Positions 14,031 through 23,965 of a stretch of 47,135 nucleotides of DNA are shown piece after piece (position 1 is the first letter of the stretch; every line of letters begins with the position of its first letter). Below the pieces are notes generated by a model. That model searched no databases. It saw only the letters and a program-made list of their open reading frames with translations, and was not told the origin of the DNA. A program made the position numbers and the translations under genes. This DNA is from a virus (Duplodnaviria; Heunggongvirae; Uroviricota; Caudoviricetes), in the IMG/VR virus record IMGVR_UViG_2541047877_000007; one strand, written 5' to 3'.

Positions 14031-17000
14031 TACCGATATGCTCCACTTAACCGACCACCATCACGGGCCTGCTGTTGCATAAAGTCCGCTGCCGCTTTTT
14101 TCCCGAGGTCATAAACCGCCTTCAGGGCAGCCGGACCTATCTGCCCGTTCGTGCCATCGTTATTGATCTCGATGTTGTACTGCGGGGAAAACATCGCCAT
14201 ACCTGAACCCCCAATATCCGCCACAACCCCCAGCTTACCGTCAGCACCACGACGCAATGGCAGAATGGCTTCAGGTCCCGCTTCCCCCATCACACCCGCG
14301 CCTTTTGCAAAAGCAAAAAACGTCGGACGGTTAACCACCGTGCCACTGTAACGACTCAAATCAGCAGACTGATAAATCCCCCCATTGGCATTCAGGGAAA
14401 GGCTGCTGAGATCAAATCCCAGCACACTGCCAATCCCTTTTATCGATTTCATCATGGTTGCCTGCGCCAGGATTTTCGCCATATCTGACAGCACAGAAGA
14501 GGTGAAGGATTTGAAATTGAGTTTGCCGGTAGTGACAAAAGTTGCCAGGCCATTTCCCATGTTGCTGAAGGCTGACGAGAACACCTGTTCTGCTGTTCCT
14601 GCCGTATTATCTGCATCCACGGTAAAATCCTGAAATGCACGCAGGACTCCGTTTTTCCAGTTACCCTGCACAACTTCAAGCTGTTGCCAGTAACGGCGAT
14701 TCTCATTCAGTTGTCGGTTCAGGCTCTCCGTCAGCGCCTGCTCGGCCTTTCTGTAGTCATCCGTGTTATATGTTCCTTTCTGCTCACTATCCCGCCTCAA
14801 CTGCTCCAGCTGTTGCTGGTATTTCTGGCGAAGACTCAGTTGTACCTGATATCGCTGCCGCTGCTGATCACCCATACCCACCGTGGCGATATCCAGGTCA
14901 TGTTGCTGACGCTGAGCGCGCTCTTCTTCAGCCAGTTGACTGGTCAGCTGAATTGTTTTTTTCTTCAGCTCGTTGAGTGCCGTCTGTTTCTGAAGCTCCT
15001 GCTGTTTTACATCCAGCAGCGTCAGTGCCTGAATCAGTTCATCTTTACGGGCCAGCACACTCTTTTCATCTGCCGTCAGTTTTTTCCCGTCCAGGTCGCT
15101 GATGCGCTGCTGCAGAGCCAGAAGCTGTTTATGCGCTTCTGTCATCCTTTCCGTGGCAATGCCTGCTGACTGTCTGGCAGCAGCAATCTGTCCTTCCACC
15201 TGTGCCTGTTGCTGACTGTACTGCAGCAATAACCGGGTGGCCTCATCATTACGGGGTTCGCGTGTTTTTTTCTTACCGGATGCCAGGGCTTTCTCGTAAC
15301 GTTCATTTTCACGTTGTATCGCTGCATCCCTGACAGCCTGATCGGCGTACTGCATGGAATTAATACGCGCAATTTCACGCTGATGTCGTGCTGCTTCCGT
15401 TTCATTCATCCGGTTCAGTGCAGCATTTTCAGCATTACGTCGTTTCTGTTGCTCCTGATAATTCCGCTCTGCCTGCTCTTTTGCATCCTGCAAATCCTTC
15501 TGGCGTTTTTTCTCCTGAAGATCGTTAAGACGCTGCTGATCGTATTCAACCTGAGAAGATGATGCCGTCCAGGGGAGTCTTTTCGCCCGCGACACTTTCT
15601 CCTGTAAAGCGGCAATCTGTTCATCCAGCGAGTCTTCACGACCAATATTCATGGCCGCATCCCAGAAACGACTCCACAAATCAGACAGATACTTCAGCGT
15701 ACTGCCAAGCGCATTGAGGTTATTATCAATATCCGCAGTACGCCGACCGGTTTCCTCTGCCAGTGCAGACATGGCTATCCGTGCAGCATCACTGGACCGT
15801 CCCTGATCCCCAAGGACACGTATCTGCTCAAGCTGAGTGGCAGTAAGAAAATGCAGCTCATTGTCCAGAGCCTTCGCGGCATTTACAGGATCATCCTTCA
15901 GCCGCTTAAACTGATTTATGGTATCGCTGACCGACTGGCCAACCGATCGCTCCATCTGTGCGGCAGCTCTCGCCACCATACCGATATCGTTTCCACGAAA
16001 TGCACCACTCCCCACCACCTGAGCCAGCGCACCGGCTGCAGCATGTTGCGTGATACCATTCCCGGAAATAGCACGACTGAGCGTCCACAGCTGCCCGGCA
16101 GTGACTCCGGCATAATGCCCCGTCAGCGACAACTGGCGGTTAAATTCTTCCCCCTCCTTCTGACCGTCATACCAGGCTTTACCCAGACCATAGACGGACG
16201 CGGCAATACCGCCAATAACCCCGCCAAGCATCATGCCTTTCGGTGACATCAGAGTGTCTATCCATCCGGCACGGTTAGCCAGCGTTATCCCGGATCCCCT
16301 CAGCGCCCCTAAATTGCCGCGGGCCAGTTCACCTATCAGAACGCCAATCTCCTGGCGGGCCGCTGCACTTTTCAGACCCAGCGAATGCGTGGCTTTTCCT
16401 GCCTGCTCCATTTTGCGGATATACACTTCTGCAGCACTGCTTACCCCCAGCTGGGCAGCCTTAGCACGAAGCAACTCAGAAGAAGAAAGATTCTGGCGGG
16501 TTGCCTGCTCTTTAAGCTGACGGATAAACGCCACTTTCTGTCGGGTAGCCTCTTCCTCAGCCTGCGTAAGAACACGGGTTTTCGCCGTAACCTCAGAAAT
16601 CAGCGCCAGATAATCCTGCTGACCAATCCCGCCACTGTTTCTGGCCTGTCGGATCTGCTGCTGAATACGCTGTAATTCCTGCAGCCCCGCACTGGCCTGT
16701 TTCACACTGTCAATCTGACGATAAAACGCGGCAGCCGCTTTATCCTGAGCCTCCGCCAGAGCCATGGCCTGCGCCTGTTCCTCGCGCATTTTCTGGCTCA
16801 GTGCCTCCATACGCTGGCGGGTTTGCTCCACCTCGCGGGCCATGCGTTCATGAGCCTGTGCGCTCTTCTCCACCGTCTGCGCATGGACGGATGCGGCTGT
16901 TGCAGCCGAAGAAGCCGCCTGCATTGTCTGCCGGGCGGCCTGAGTCTGACGCTCCATAAAACGCTGCATACGGGCAGAAGACCGTTCTGCATCGCTGGCT

Positions 17001-17125
17001 GCACCATTCAGAAGGTTTTTGATACGGGGAATTTCATTTTTAAACTCTGCCGCATCAATCCCCAAATCAATGACCAGGTTGGCTATCTGGTCCATAACGC
17101 ACACCTCCGGAAATACCTTCCCCAA
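14030..17125 (-). CDS. H: tail tape measure protein H
   Basis: 1031 aa, coiled-coil-rich, C-terminus ...NNDGTNGQIGPAALKAVYD as recalled for lambda H; true start may be the internal ATG near 17095. Confidence 0.9.
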   Translation of the reverse strand: MGKVFPEVCVMDQIANLVIDLGIDAAEFKNEIPRIKNLLNGAASDAERSSARMQRFMERQTQAARQTMQAASSAATAASVHAQTVEKSAQAHERMAREVEQTRQRMEALSQKMREEQAQAMALAEAQDKAAAAFYRQIDSVKQASAGLQELQRIQQQIRQARNSGGIGQQDYLALISEVTAKTRVLTQAEEEATRQKVAFIRQLKEQATRQNLSSSELLRAKAAQLGVSSAAEVYIRKMEQAGKATHSLGLKSAAARQEIGVLIGELARGNLGALRGSGITLANRAGWIDTLMSPKGMMLGGVIGGIAASVYGLGKAWYDGQKEGEEFNRQLSLTGHYAGVTAGQLWTLSRAISGNGITQHAAAGALAQVVGSGAFRGNDIGMVARAAAQMERSVGQSVSDTINQFKRLKDDPVNAAKALDNELHFLTATQLEQIRVLGDQGRSSDAARIAMSALAEETGRRTADIDNNLNALGSTLKYLSDLWSRFWDAAMNIGREDSLDEQIAALQEKVSRAKRLPWTASSSQVEYDQQRLNDLQEKKRQKDLQDAKEQAERNYQEQQKRRNAENAALNRMNETEAARHQREIARINSMQYADQAVRDAAIQRENERYEKALASGKKKTREPRNDEATRLLLQYSQQQAQVEGQIAAARQSAGIATERMTEAHKQLLALQQRISDLDGKKLTADEKSVLARKDELIQALTLLDVKQQELQKQTALNELKKKTIQLTSQLAEEERAQRQQHDLDIATVGMGDQQRQRYQVQLSLRQKYQQQLEQLRRDSEQKGTYNTDDYRKAEQALTESLNRQLNENRRYWQQLEVVQGNWKNGVLRAFQDFTVDADNTAGTAEQVFSSAFSNMGNGLATFVTTGKLNFKSFTSSVLSDMAKILAQATMMKSIKGIGSVLGFDLSSLSLNANGGIYQSADLSRYSGTVVNRPTFFAFAKGAGVMGEAGPEAILPLRRGADGKLGVVADIGGSGMAMFSPQYNIEINNDGTNGQIGPAALKAVYDLGKKAAADFMQQQARDGGRLSGAYR

Positions 17126-17833
17126 GATGCATCAGTTCTTCGTCCGTTCGCTCCGGTATCCCGTTCTCTTCCGGTAAAAGGCTGAAATCAGCCACCGCAG
17201 CATCACTGCTACCGGACACCATTCTCACGATCAATGCCTTCAGCGAGGCAAACTGCGCATCCATCCACACATCACTGAAGCTCTGCATCCGGAAATAATC
17301 GCCCCACTCACCAAGCTCAGTGGCCGACATTTCCGACAGCATCCGCCGCCAGTCTGCCCGCCGGAACTCCCGGGCAAGCCGCATGACAAACTGCATTTCC
17401 CGCGTCAGGACTTTTCCGGCGTCAGCACCTCATGCTCCAAATCCCCGGCATTCTCAATGACTCCCATACCGCTCAGCGACAGAACCATCTCCGCCCCCGC
17501 TCCCAGGGCATCATACGACCATGTTGTAATAACGGATGCGCAAAGCGTCTCAACATCCTGAGACTGTTCCGCATTCCACAGTGAGCGGGAAACCAGCCAG
17601 GCATTGATATCCATCCCCATCCGCAGAAAAGCAATCTGTCGTTCAGCCTCCGGCAGTTCTCCCTCTTCGGCATCAAACTTTGCCGTTCGCTGCTGAACAA
17701 ACGCCAGATATTCAATTCTCTGCAGCCCGGACAGCTCACTGAGCACCACGGACTGCTTTTCATAATTAAACGTGCCCTGTTTCAGAAACATCATGTTCTC
17801 CACCTGCAAAAAAGCCCCGGATAACCGGGGCAA
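17067..17833 (-). CDS. T: tail assembly chaperone G-T, predicted product of a programmed -1 frameshift
   Basis: The T frame (ORF 17067-17396) is in the -1 frame relative to G and stays open from 17429 downward, overlapping the last 7 G codons; this is the lambda G/GT arrangement. Confidence 0.7.
17405..17833 (-). CDS. G: tail assembly chaperone G
   Basis: 142 aa immediately upstream of the T frame, as in lambda. Confidence 0.85.
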   Translation of the reverse strand: MPRLSGAFLQVENMMFLKQGTFNYEKQSVVLSELSGLQRIEYLAFVQQRTAKFDAEEGELPEAERQIAFLRMGMDINAWLVSRSLWNAEQSQDVETLCASVITTWSYDALGAGAEMVLSLSGMGVIENAGDLEHEVLTPEKS

Positions 17834-17851
17834 ATGATGAGTATCGTCCTG

Positions 17852-18601
17852 TTAACCTGCGGCGCTGACAGCCACCGCAGCCACTGCCACAAAATCGCCG
17901 TCAGAAGTCATGCCCACAATGCTGACACTGCCCTGCTTCACGCCTTTCACCGTGGCCACAAGCCCGTTCAGGGTCACCGTGGCAGTCTGTGGATCTGTCG
18001 AATGCACACTGATCGCTTTGTCACTGGCTCCGTCAGGTTTTACTGTAAAGGTCAGCGTGGTGGTTGCTCCCACTTTTACACTGGCAGATGCCGGTGCCAC
18101 CGTCAGCCCGGTAACGCTCACTGTTTCAGTGCCTTCCTCTGCCAGATACGGACGCCCCACACCGCTGATTTTCACTGTGCGGGTCATCACGTCTTTTGAG
18201 GCAATGGTTTTACCCAGTGAGCTCAGCCAGCCACGGAAAACATCAACAGTGCCGTTGGGATATTTGATACGAAACGCGCAGACTTCACCGGAGTCGAACA
18301 ACTGAACCAGTTTTTTCTGCCCGCTGTCACCCGGACGCCAGGCCAGCGTCGCCGAAGTATCACCGACGGATTTCTGCCCCTGGGTTGTCGTTTTCCAGTC
18401 TGCATCTTCATCATCGAGATAAGTGTCATCTTCTGCATCAGCGGTCATTTCGCCAGGTTGCAGATCCTTCACCATCGCAAGACGCAGCCAGTCAGTGTCC
18501 GATAAAGGGTTCGCAAACGCATCGCCCTTGCCGGTGTACATCCAGAACGTCGTTCCCGCACCTTTCGTTTTTGCCAGTGGATTTGGTGTGGTCATTGCCA
18601 C
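17852..18601 (-). CDS. V: major tail protein V
   Basis: 249 aa, lambda V-like, with Ig-like C-terminal domain. Confidence 0.9.
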   Translation of the reverse strand: MAMTTPNPLAKTKGAGTTFWMYTGKGDAFANPLSDTDWLRLAMVKDLQPGEMTADAEDDTYLDDEDADWKTTTQGQKSVGDTSATLAWRPGDSGQKKLVQLFDSGEVCAFRIKYPNGTVDVFRGWLSSLGKTIASKDVMTRTVKISGVGRPYLAEEGTETVSVTGLTVAPASASVKVGATTTLTFTVKPDGASDKAISVHSTDPQTATVTLNGLVATVKGVKQGSVSIVGMTSDGDFVAVAAVAVSAAG

Positions 18602-18606
18602 CTCCT

Positions 18607-19008
18607 TTAATTCGTGTACGTGATCTGGTACGTGATTTCCGCCATCGCCCAGGTGGCCATCTCATTATCACGTTGATAGTTAAAACCGAGAGGGATCAGG
18701 GTGTCGATGAGTCCGGAAAGTGCCGGTATATCATTCAGGGCCGGGAAAATGGTGCTCTCCATCCACATATCCAGCTCTGAATCCGGTGCCTGTGCCCGGA
18801 TGAAGACAGCAATATGCAGAACAGCCTGCCAGTCATCTTCATCCGTCATTTTTCCGGTGTACTGAGCATCACTCAGCCACACCGCCACGGCAGGCAGTTC
18901 CTGCGCATCAATAAATGCCGGAAGCCCGTCAAAAAACGTGGCGCTGTCTCCACACTGTTCCCGAAGGCGTGCCAGTACGGCCTGGCGGATTTGTGTATGT
19001 CGGTTCAT
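18607..19008 (-). CDS. U: tail terminator protein U
   Basis: Lambda U-like (..ATFFDG..PAVAV..YTG..); start set at ATG 19008, which overlaps the Z stop as ATGA; the track ORF starts at 19020. Confidence 0.85.
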   Translation of the reverse strand: MNRHTQIRQAVLARLREQCGDSATFFDGLPAFIDAQELPAVAVWLSDAQYTGKMTDEDDWQAVLHIAVFIRAQAPDSELDMWMESTIFPALNDIPALSGLIDTLIPLGFNYQRDNEMATWAMAEITYQITYTN

Positions 19009-19583
19009 CGGGTCAGCCATAACCTCAGTTGTTGTTTCAGTGCATACCCCAGCTGTTTCGGCATTTCCGCAGCAATAATGCGGTCGCGGGCATCTTCAAA
19101 TGCCTGTGTCAGCGGTCCGGACAGCGGGACTTTCACCACATCAATGGGGTAACGATTTTTGCCATCAATACGCCGCATCACATGCCAGCGACCATTCGCC
19201 AGTTGCTGAATAAACGCATCCCGGAAAAGATATTTACCCACCTTCAGCACACTGCCACGGTACTGCAGTTTTCCACCACGCCGGGCCAGTCTGACCCGGG
19301 CTGTCCCCAGCTTAATAGCGGGCAGATTGCCCCGGTTAACGCGGATCCTGGCCGTCATTTTTCCTGACGGACTGGCTTTAAACACCCGGACACGCTGACG
19401 TACCAGTTTCAGGGGGATCCCTTTCACCTGGTTATCTCCCGCAACGGTATTCCCGGCAACCTGCCGGGTGGCGACCGAGACCGCTTTCTGTGCCACACGG
19501 TTTATCGCCCATGCGCTGGCCTGTGGCACCATACGGGTATCAAGGCTGTTCAGATTACGGATGGCATTCTCAAGCCCCTTCAT
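19005..19583 (-). CDS. Z: tail completion protein Z
   Basis: 192 aa, lambda Z-like (..NGRWHVMRR..GKNRYPIDVVK..). Confidence 0.85.
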   Translation of the reverse strand: MKGLENAIRNLNSLDTRMVPQASAWAINRVAQKAVSVATRQVAGNTVAGDNQVKGIPLKLVRQRVRVFKASPSGKMTARIRVNRGNLPAIKLGTARVRLARRGGKLQYRGSVLKVGKYLFRDAFIQQLANGRWHVMRRIDGKNRYPIDVVKVPLSGPLTQAFEDARDRIIAAEMPKQLGYALKQQLRLWLTR

Positions 19584-19594
19584 CCCACACCTCT

Positions 19595-19870
19595 TTACTC
19601 AATAAAGATCATTGGCTTACCGTTAAAACGTTCATGCCGTGTGACCGTCCATTGTTGTCCGTCATAAACAACGCGATCCCCGCGCCGTGGGCGGTATCCC
19701 GAAGAAAACACCACCAGAGAGACCGCAGGTCCGGACAGAGCATTCAGCTCTGCCAGTGTTTCTCCCGGGATCACAGTCATATCGACATCATTAATCGAGG
19801 CTGTCTTTCCCATCTTTCTGACCGTGATAGCATCCATACGCGCTGCCAGCCGGGAAAAGGGATCAGACAT
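19595..19870 (-). CDS. head-tail joining protein (FII-like position)
   Basis: 91-aa ORF between Z and the head genes; assignment by position and size only. Confidence 0.5.
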   Translation of the reverse strand: MSDPFSRLAARMDAITVRKMGKTASINDVDMTVIPGETLAELNALSGPAVSLVVFSSGYRPRRGDRVVYDGQQWTVTRHERFNGKPMIFIE

Positions 19871-20186
19871 TGAGTTTTACCGGCACTTCTTCTGCACTGG
19901 TTCCGGCATCTGCCCAGACAACCCCGACCAGCGGATCAGAGCCGCTGTTAGTCAGCTGAACTTTTCCGGACTTCAGATAAACCTTCTTACCCGTTTTCAT
20001 GTCATCCGTTTTCAGCTTAGGCAGCATAAACACACCTTCGGTCATGCCGTCGCCTGTTTCACCCTGTGGAATATCGGTCAGCGCCACCGCAAAAACATCG
20101 CCCACCTGCACCAGATCTCCGCTGCTGATGGCTGCACTGGCAACAATCGCCACCGTTTTTCCTTCTTCTACAAAATTCTTTGCCAT
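19863..20186 (-). CDS. small head-associated protein (possible decoration/stabilisation protein)
   Basis: 107 aa from the internal ATG (MAKNFVEEGKT...), directly downstream of the capsid gene; function inferred from position. Confidence 0.45.
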   Translation of the reverse strand: MAKNFVEEGKTVAIVASAAISSGDLVQVGDVFAVALTDIPQGETGDGMTEGVFMLPKLKTDDMKTGKKVYLKSGKVQLTNSGSDPLVGVVWADAGTSAEEVPVKLNV

Positions 20187-20272
20187 AACTGTCTCCGCAC
20201 AGCCCCGTTCAGGGGCTGATTTCAGGTACAAAAAAAGCCCTTACGGGCCATCAGAGTTGTTGTCTGCGACGT

Positions 20273-22231
20273 TTACGCCGTACATTTCACCAGACCGCGG
20301 TGATCAACTGGCGCGACACCGGCGTCAATACGCACTTTCGTTGTCACGCCATCCACACTGAAGCCCTCCATCTGATCAATATATGGCGTATCCACACCGT
20401 TGAGATAAGCCACTTCAATCGTATCGGAGCCTTTTGACGCAGCCAGGTAGAAGGTGGTCTGGCTGTTATCATCAAGACGAGGCTCTGCAATAACGGTCGC
20501 AAAATCTTTCACCGGGTTAATAATACCGGCGTTAATGTCAGCCCCCTTGACACTTGAGGAGCGAATGACCTGGTTAGCAACAGACTCCATCGCCGTCGGT
20601 ACCAGTACGAACGCAGGACGAATATTCAGATGACGCTCCCCCTCTTTCTGAACGCGCATCAACTGGCGGGCTTTATCCAGCGATGCCACGTCCATTGCAG
20701 CGCTCTCCAGTACGTTTGCATGTTTCGCTTTATCGAACAGACTTACATTATCTGTGGAGATTTTCGGGTTAGACGTCAGAATGGCATAAACCAGATCGGC
20801 AATAGTGGATTTCGCCGCACGGCCCAGTTTCATCGGGACATCGGTCAGCATATTCAGATCATCATTGATAATGGCCTGACGGGTGATACTGAACAGCTCG
20901 CCATAGGTCGCCAGTGCAATAGTGGCCTGTTTATCTCCGGTGGTGACGTATTTATATTCCGCCCCTTCACGCACCTGACGTAGAGCACTGAAGCCCCCCA
21001 TACCCACACGATGGGCAATTTTAAAATCAGACAACTGACCTTTCCGCGTCCACTGTTCATAGGTTTCAGGGGCATCTTCCCAGCCCTGCAGAATGGCTTT
21101 GTTCGCAACATCCAGCAGAATATTACCGAAGTCAGACGTACTGTGTGTGAACGCCGCACCGACCATCTGCATCGGGTTATAACCGGAAACCCCAATACCC
21201 CGTTCAGTTAGTGACATACGGGCATATTCACGCAGGGTCATCCCGTTGTAGACATTATCACGTTCGGTTTTTTCAAATCCGGCACGCGCCATCAGCGCCT
21301 GGCGAATCCCGTCCCCCACAAAATTACCGTTACCGGCATAAATATGAGCCGGGGTATTTTTATTGGATGGCGTGGACTCGCGCCCCATCTCGTTCAACAG
21401 CTTTTCACGGGCCTGCTCCAGCGAACATTCAGGATCGGCAAGACACTGGGCCTGCAGCGTCTGATAACGCCCGCCAAACATGGCAAACAGATCATTAATA
21501 CCGTTTACACGCGCTTTTTGCTCTGCCAGTACCTGCGCACGGATACTGTTTTCATCCACCACGGGTGCTGCTGCCTGCACTGGCGTCCGGGAGGCTGCAG
21601 GTTCATCATCCTGTACGCGTGGAGCACTGTTGCGTGGCGGAGTAATCATGTTTCGAATGGATTCCGGCATCTTTTTAAATTCCTCTGTACGTTTTGACTG
21701 AATACATGCCATTGCCTTAACGGCTGGTGTCACCTGATCAGCAAATCCCTGTGCCAGACATTCGGCACCGGACATCCAGGTCTCATCCGCCAGCATGGCA
21801 GCAATTTCATCGGTGGTTTTCCCGGTTTTCTGTGCATAAGCGGGTAACAGAACCGCCTCAACTTTATCGAGCAGGTCGGCATAGGTGCGCATGTCCTCCG
21901 CATCACCGCCCGTAAAGCCAAATGGTTTATGAATCATCATGAAGGAGTTTTCCGGCATAATGACCGGGTTTCCCACCATCGCAATGACCGACGCCATTGA
22001 CGCCGCCACACCGTCGACATAAACGGTAATGGACGCACCATGTGTTTTCAGTGCATTAAAAATGGCGATGCCTTCAAAGACATCGCCACCCGGTGAATTA
22101 ATATGGAGATTAATGTGGGTGATATCGCCCAGTGCATTCAGATCACTGATAAACTGCTTCGCTGTAACACCCCAGAAACCAATCTCGTCATAAATATAAA
22201 TATCCGCGTCACTCTGGTGACCTGCCTGCAT
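20273..22231 (-). CDS. prohead protease (ClpP/S49-like) fused to major capsid protein
   Basis: 653 aa from ATG 22231; N-terminal ClpP-like region (..HINSPGGDV..MASVIA..) then a long capsid-like C-terminal part; the track extension to 22492 would overlap the portal gene. Confidence 0.8.
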   Translation of the reverse strand: MQAGHQSDADIYIYDEIGFWGVTAKQFISDLNALGDITHINLHINSPGGDVFEGIAIFNALKTHGASITVYVDGVAASMASVIAMVGNPVIMPENSFMMIHKPFGFTGGDAEDMRTYADLLDKVEAVLLPAYAQKTGKTTDEIAAMLADETWMSGAECLAQGFADQVTPAVKAMACIQSKRTEEFKKMPESIRNMITPPRNSAPRVQDDEPAASRTPVQAAAPVVDENSIRAQVLAEQKARVNGINDLFAMFGGRYQTLQAQCLADPECSLEQAREKLLNEMGRESTPSNKNTPAHIYAGNGNFVGDGIRQALMARAGFEKTERDNVYNGMTLREYARMSLTERGIGVSGYNPMQMVGAAFTHSTSDFGNILLDVANKAILQGWEDAPETYEQWTRKGQLSDFKIAHRVGMGGFSALRQVREGAEYKYVTTGDKQATIALATYGELFSITRQAIINDDLNMLTDVPMKLGRAAKSTIADLVYAILTSNPKISTDNVSLFDKAKHANVLESAAMDVASLDKARQLMRVQKEGERHLNIRPAFVLVPTAMESVANQVIRSSSVKGADINAGIINPVKDFATVIAEPRLDDNSQTTFYLAASKGSDTIEVAYLNGVDTPYIDQMEGFSVDGVTTKVRIDAGVAPVDHRGLVKCTA

Positions 22232-22244
22232 CCTGAACCAGGAA

Positions 22245-23753
22245 TTATTCTTCGGACTGGTCGTCGGTGTGCTGCGGCTCCTGTCGTTTCGTTGCGGCAC
22301 TGCTGCCTCCTTTATCACTGGCCGGATCGGTATCAAATACCAGATCCAGCTTGCGGTTTTCATCAATTTCGGCCTTGCGCCGACGTTTGACATCATCCGG
22401 ATTACGACCACCTGCACGTACCCAGTCTGATTCTGTCGCCGCTCCACCACGAATCTGAATTTTCCAGGCCTCAGCCTCCTTAACAGGGTCAATCCACGGC
22501 ATCACCGGTCCGGAATACACCGCGGTATACAGTGAAGAACGATCAAGATCGCGGGGTAGCCTGATAACACCGGATGCCACAGCCTGTTTCAGCCAGGCAC
22601 GATACATCGGGCGGGTGACGGCACCAATAAACCAGTCCTGCAGGATCAGGTAGCCATCAGTGGATTCAACCAGCTCCTGACGCTGGGCGCTGTAAGTGCC
22701 GTTATAGTTGCGTGCCGTACTGGAAAAACTCAGACGACTGCCCGCCGCCACGGCACGCAACTGACCATTACGAAAAGTTTCAAGGTTAGGATTGGGACGA
22801 TCCGACTTCACCATTCCGATTTCTTCGCCGGGTTTCAGATCGTCGTAAATAATGCCTGGCTGAATGGTAAGCTCGCGTTCATTCTCCTTGCTGCCATTAC
22901 CATCCGGTTCATAGCTCTGCCCGTCGCCTTTCCGGATGTACATCCCCAGAGCAGCGGCGATCCTTGCTGCAGTCAGCTCAGAATCTTCATACTCTTTCAG
23001 GGCACTGAGGCGGATCAGCACACCGGACAACAAAGACGTCCCGCGCATCTGGTGCAGACGGCGAACAAATTTAAGATGCAGCATTCGCTCTGCATCCACT
23101 TCTTTGGTTTCCATCTGCCGCCCGGATACGGGACGGCTTTTATACACCAGATATTTTTCGGGACGCCCCCAGTCATCAACAAACACGCCCTGATTCAGCC
23201 TGTTGCTCTCATCACTGGTCATGGGAATAAAGTCCGGCTCGAGCGCCTCCAGCCAGAAATGAACACCGGCAGAAGGCGTCAGGCTGTTTATGCGCCCGGA
23301 AACCATCTGGGCAAACACCTCACCATCGCGCAGCCAGGTACGCAGCATCAGACGTTCCAGCATCGGACGGGTAAACTGCCCGGTGACTTCCGGACTGACA
23401 GACCATTCACTCCATCGGGTGCGTATCTCCGCTGCCAGATCACGGGCAATGGCCCCATTGCGTAATACCGGATGTGGCTCGACAATAATCCCGTTTTTCC
23501 CCACCACCCGTTCTTCCAGCTTGTCAAATACACCAATAACCAGATCGTGGTTGTTATCAAGGTAACGGGCCTGCTCACGTAACGACACGGCCCCGTACTG
23601 GCTTAACTGGTCGGCAGTTCGGTTTTCCCGCCGGGCTTTGTGTGTCCGTGTCGTTTTTACGGCCTCATAAGCCTGGATCACCGCACGGGAACGCAGCCTT
23701 GCCGCTTTCCATCCTGGTGAAAAAACGCCAATCACATCATCAAGAATTGCCAT
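22245..23753 (-). CDS. portal protein
   Basis: 502 aa from ATG 23753, which overlaps the upstream stop as ATGA; sits between terminase and protease/capsid. Confidence 0.85.
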   Translation of the reverse strand: MAILDDVIGVFSPGWKAARLRSRAVIQAYEAVKTTRTHKARRENRTADQLSQYGAVSLREQARYLDNNHDLVIGVFDKLEERVVGKNGIIVEPHPVLRNGAIARDLAAEIRTRWSEWSVSPEVTGQFTRPMLERLMLRTWLRDGEVFAQMVSGRINSLTPSAGVHFWLEALEPDFIPMTSDESNRLNQGVFVDDWGRPEKYLVYKSRPVSGRQMETKEVDAERMLHLKFVRRLHQMRGTSLLSGVLIRLSALKEYEDSELTAARIAAALGMYIRKGDGQSYEPDGNGSKENERELTIQPGIIYDDLKPGEEIGMVKSDRPNPNLETFRNGQLRAVAAGSRLSFSSTARNYNGTYSAQRQELVESTDGYLILQDWFIGAVTRPMYRAWLKQAVASGVIRLPRDLDRSSLYTAVYSGPVMPWIDPVKEAEAWKIQIRGGAATESDWVRAGGRNPDDVKRRRKAEIDENRKLDLVFDTDPASDKGGSSAATKRQEPQHTDDQSEE

Positions 23754-23965
23754 CAGAACCTCGCCAGCCGGTACCCGGGATGCCCCCGTCGTCGTGTAAT
23801 CAGAGCCGCAAGGCGGCGCTCCCACTCCTGCCGTCCCTGCCGGATCTCAGATAAGTTTTCCATGGTCATCTGCTGACCATTAAAGGTGACGGATTTTCCG
23901 TCCAGCACCGCCATTTCAGCTTCCGTATAACGCTGAATCATGGCTTCGATATCATTCTGGTTCAT
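23753..23965 (-). CDS. head-tail connector / head completion protein (W-like)
   Basis: About 70 aa; ATGA overlaps with the terminase stop and the portal start, as for lambda W. Confidence 0.6.
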   Translation of the reverse strand: MNQNDIEAMIQRYTEAEMAVLDGKSVTFNGQQMTMENLSEIRQGRQEWERRLAALITRRRGHPGYRLARF

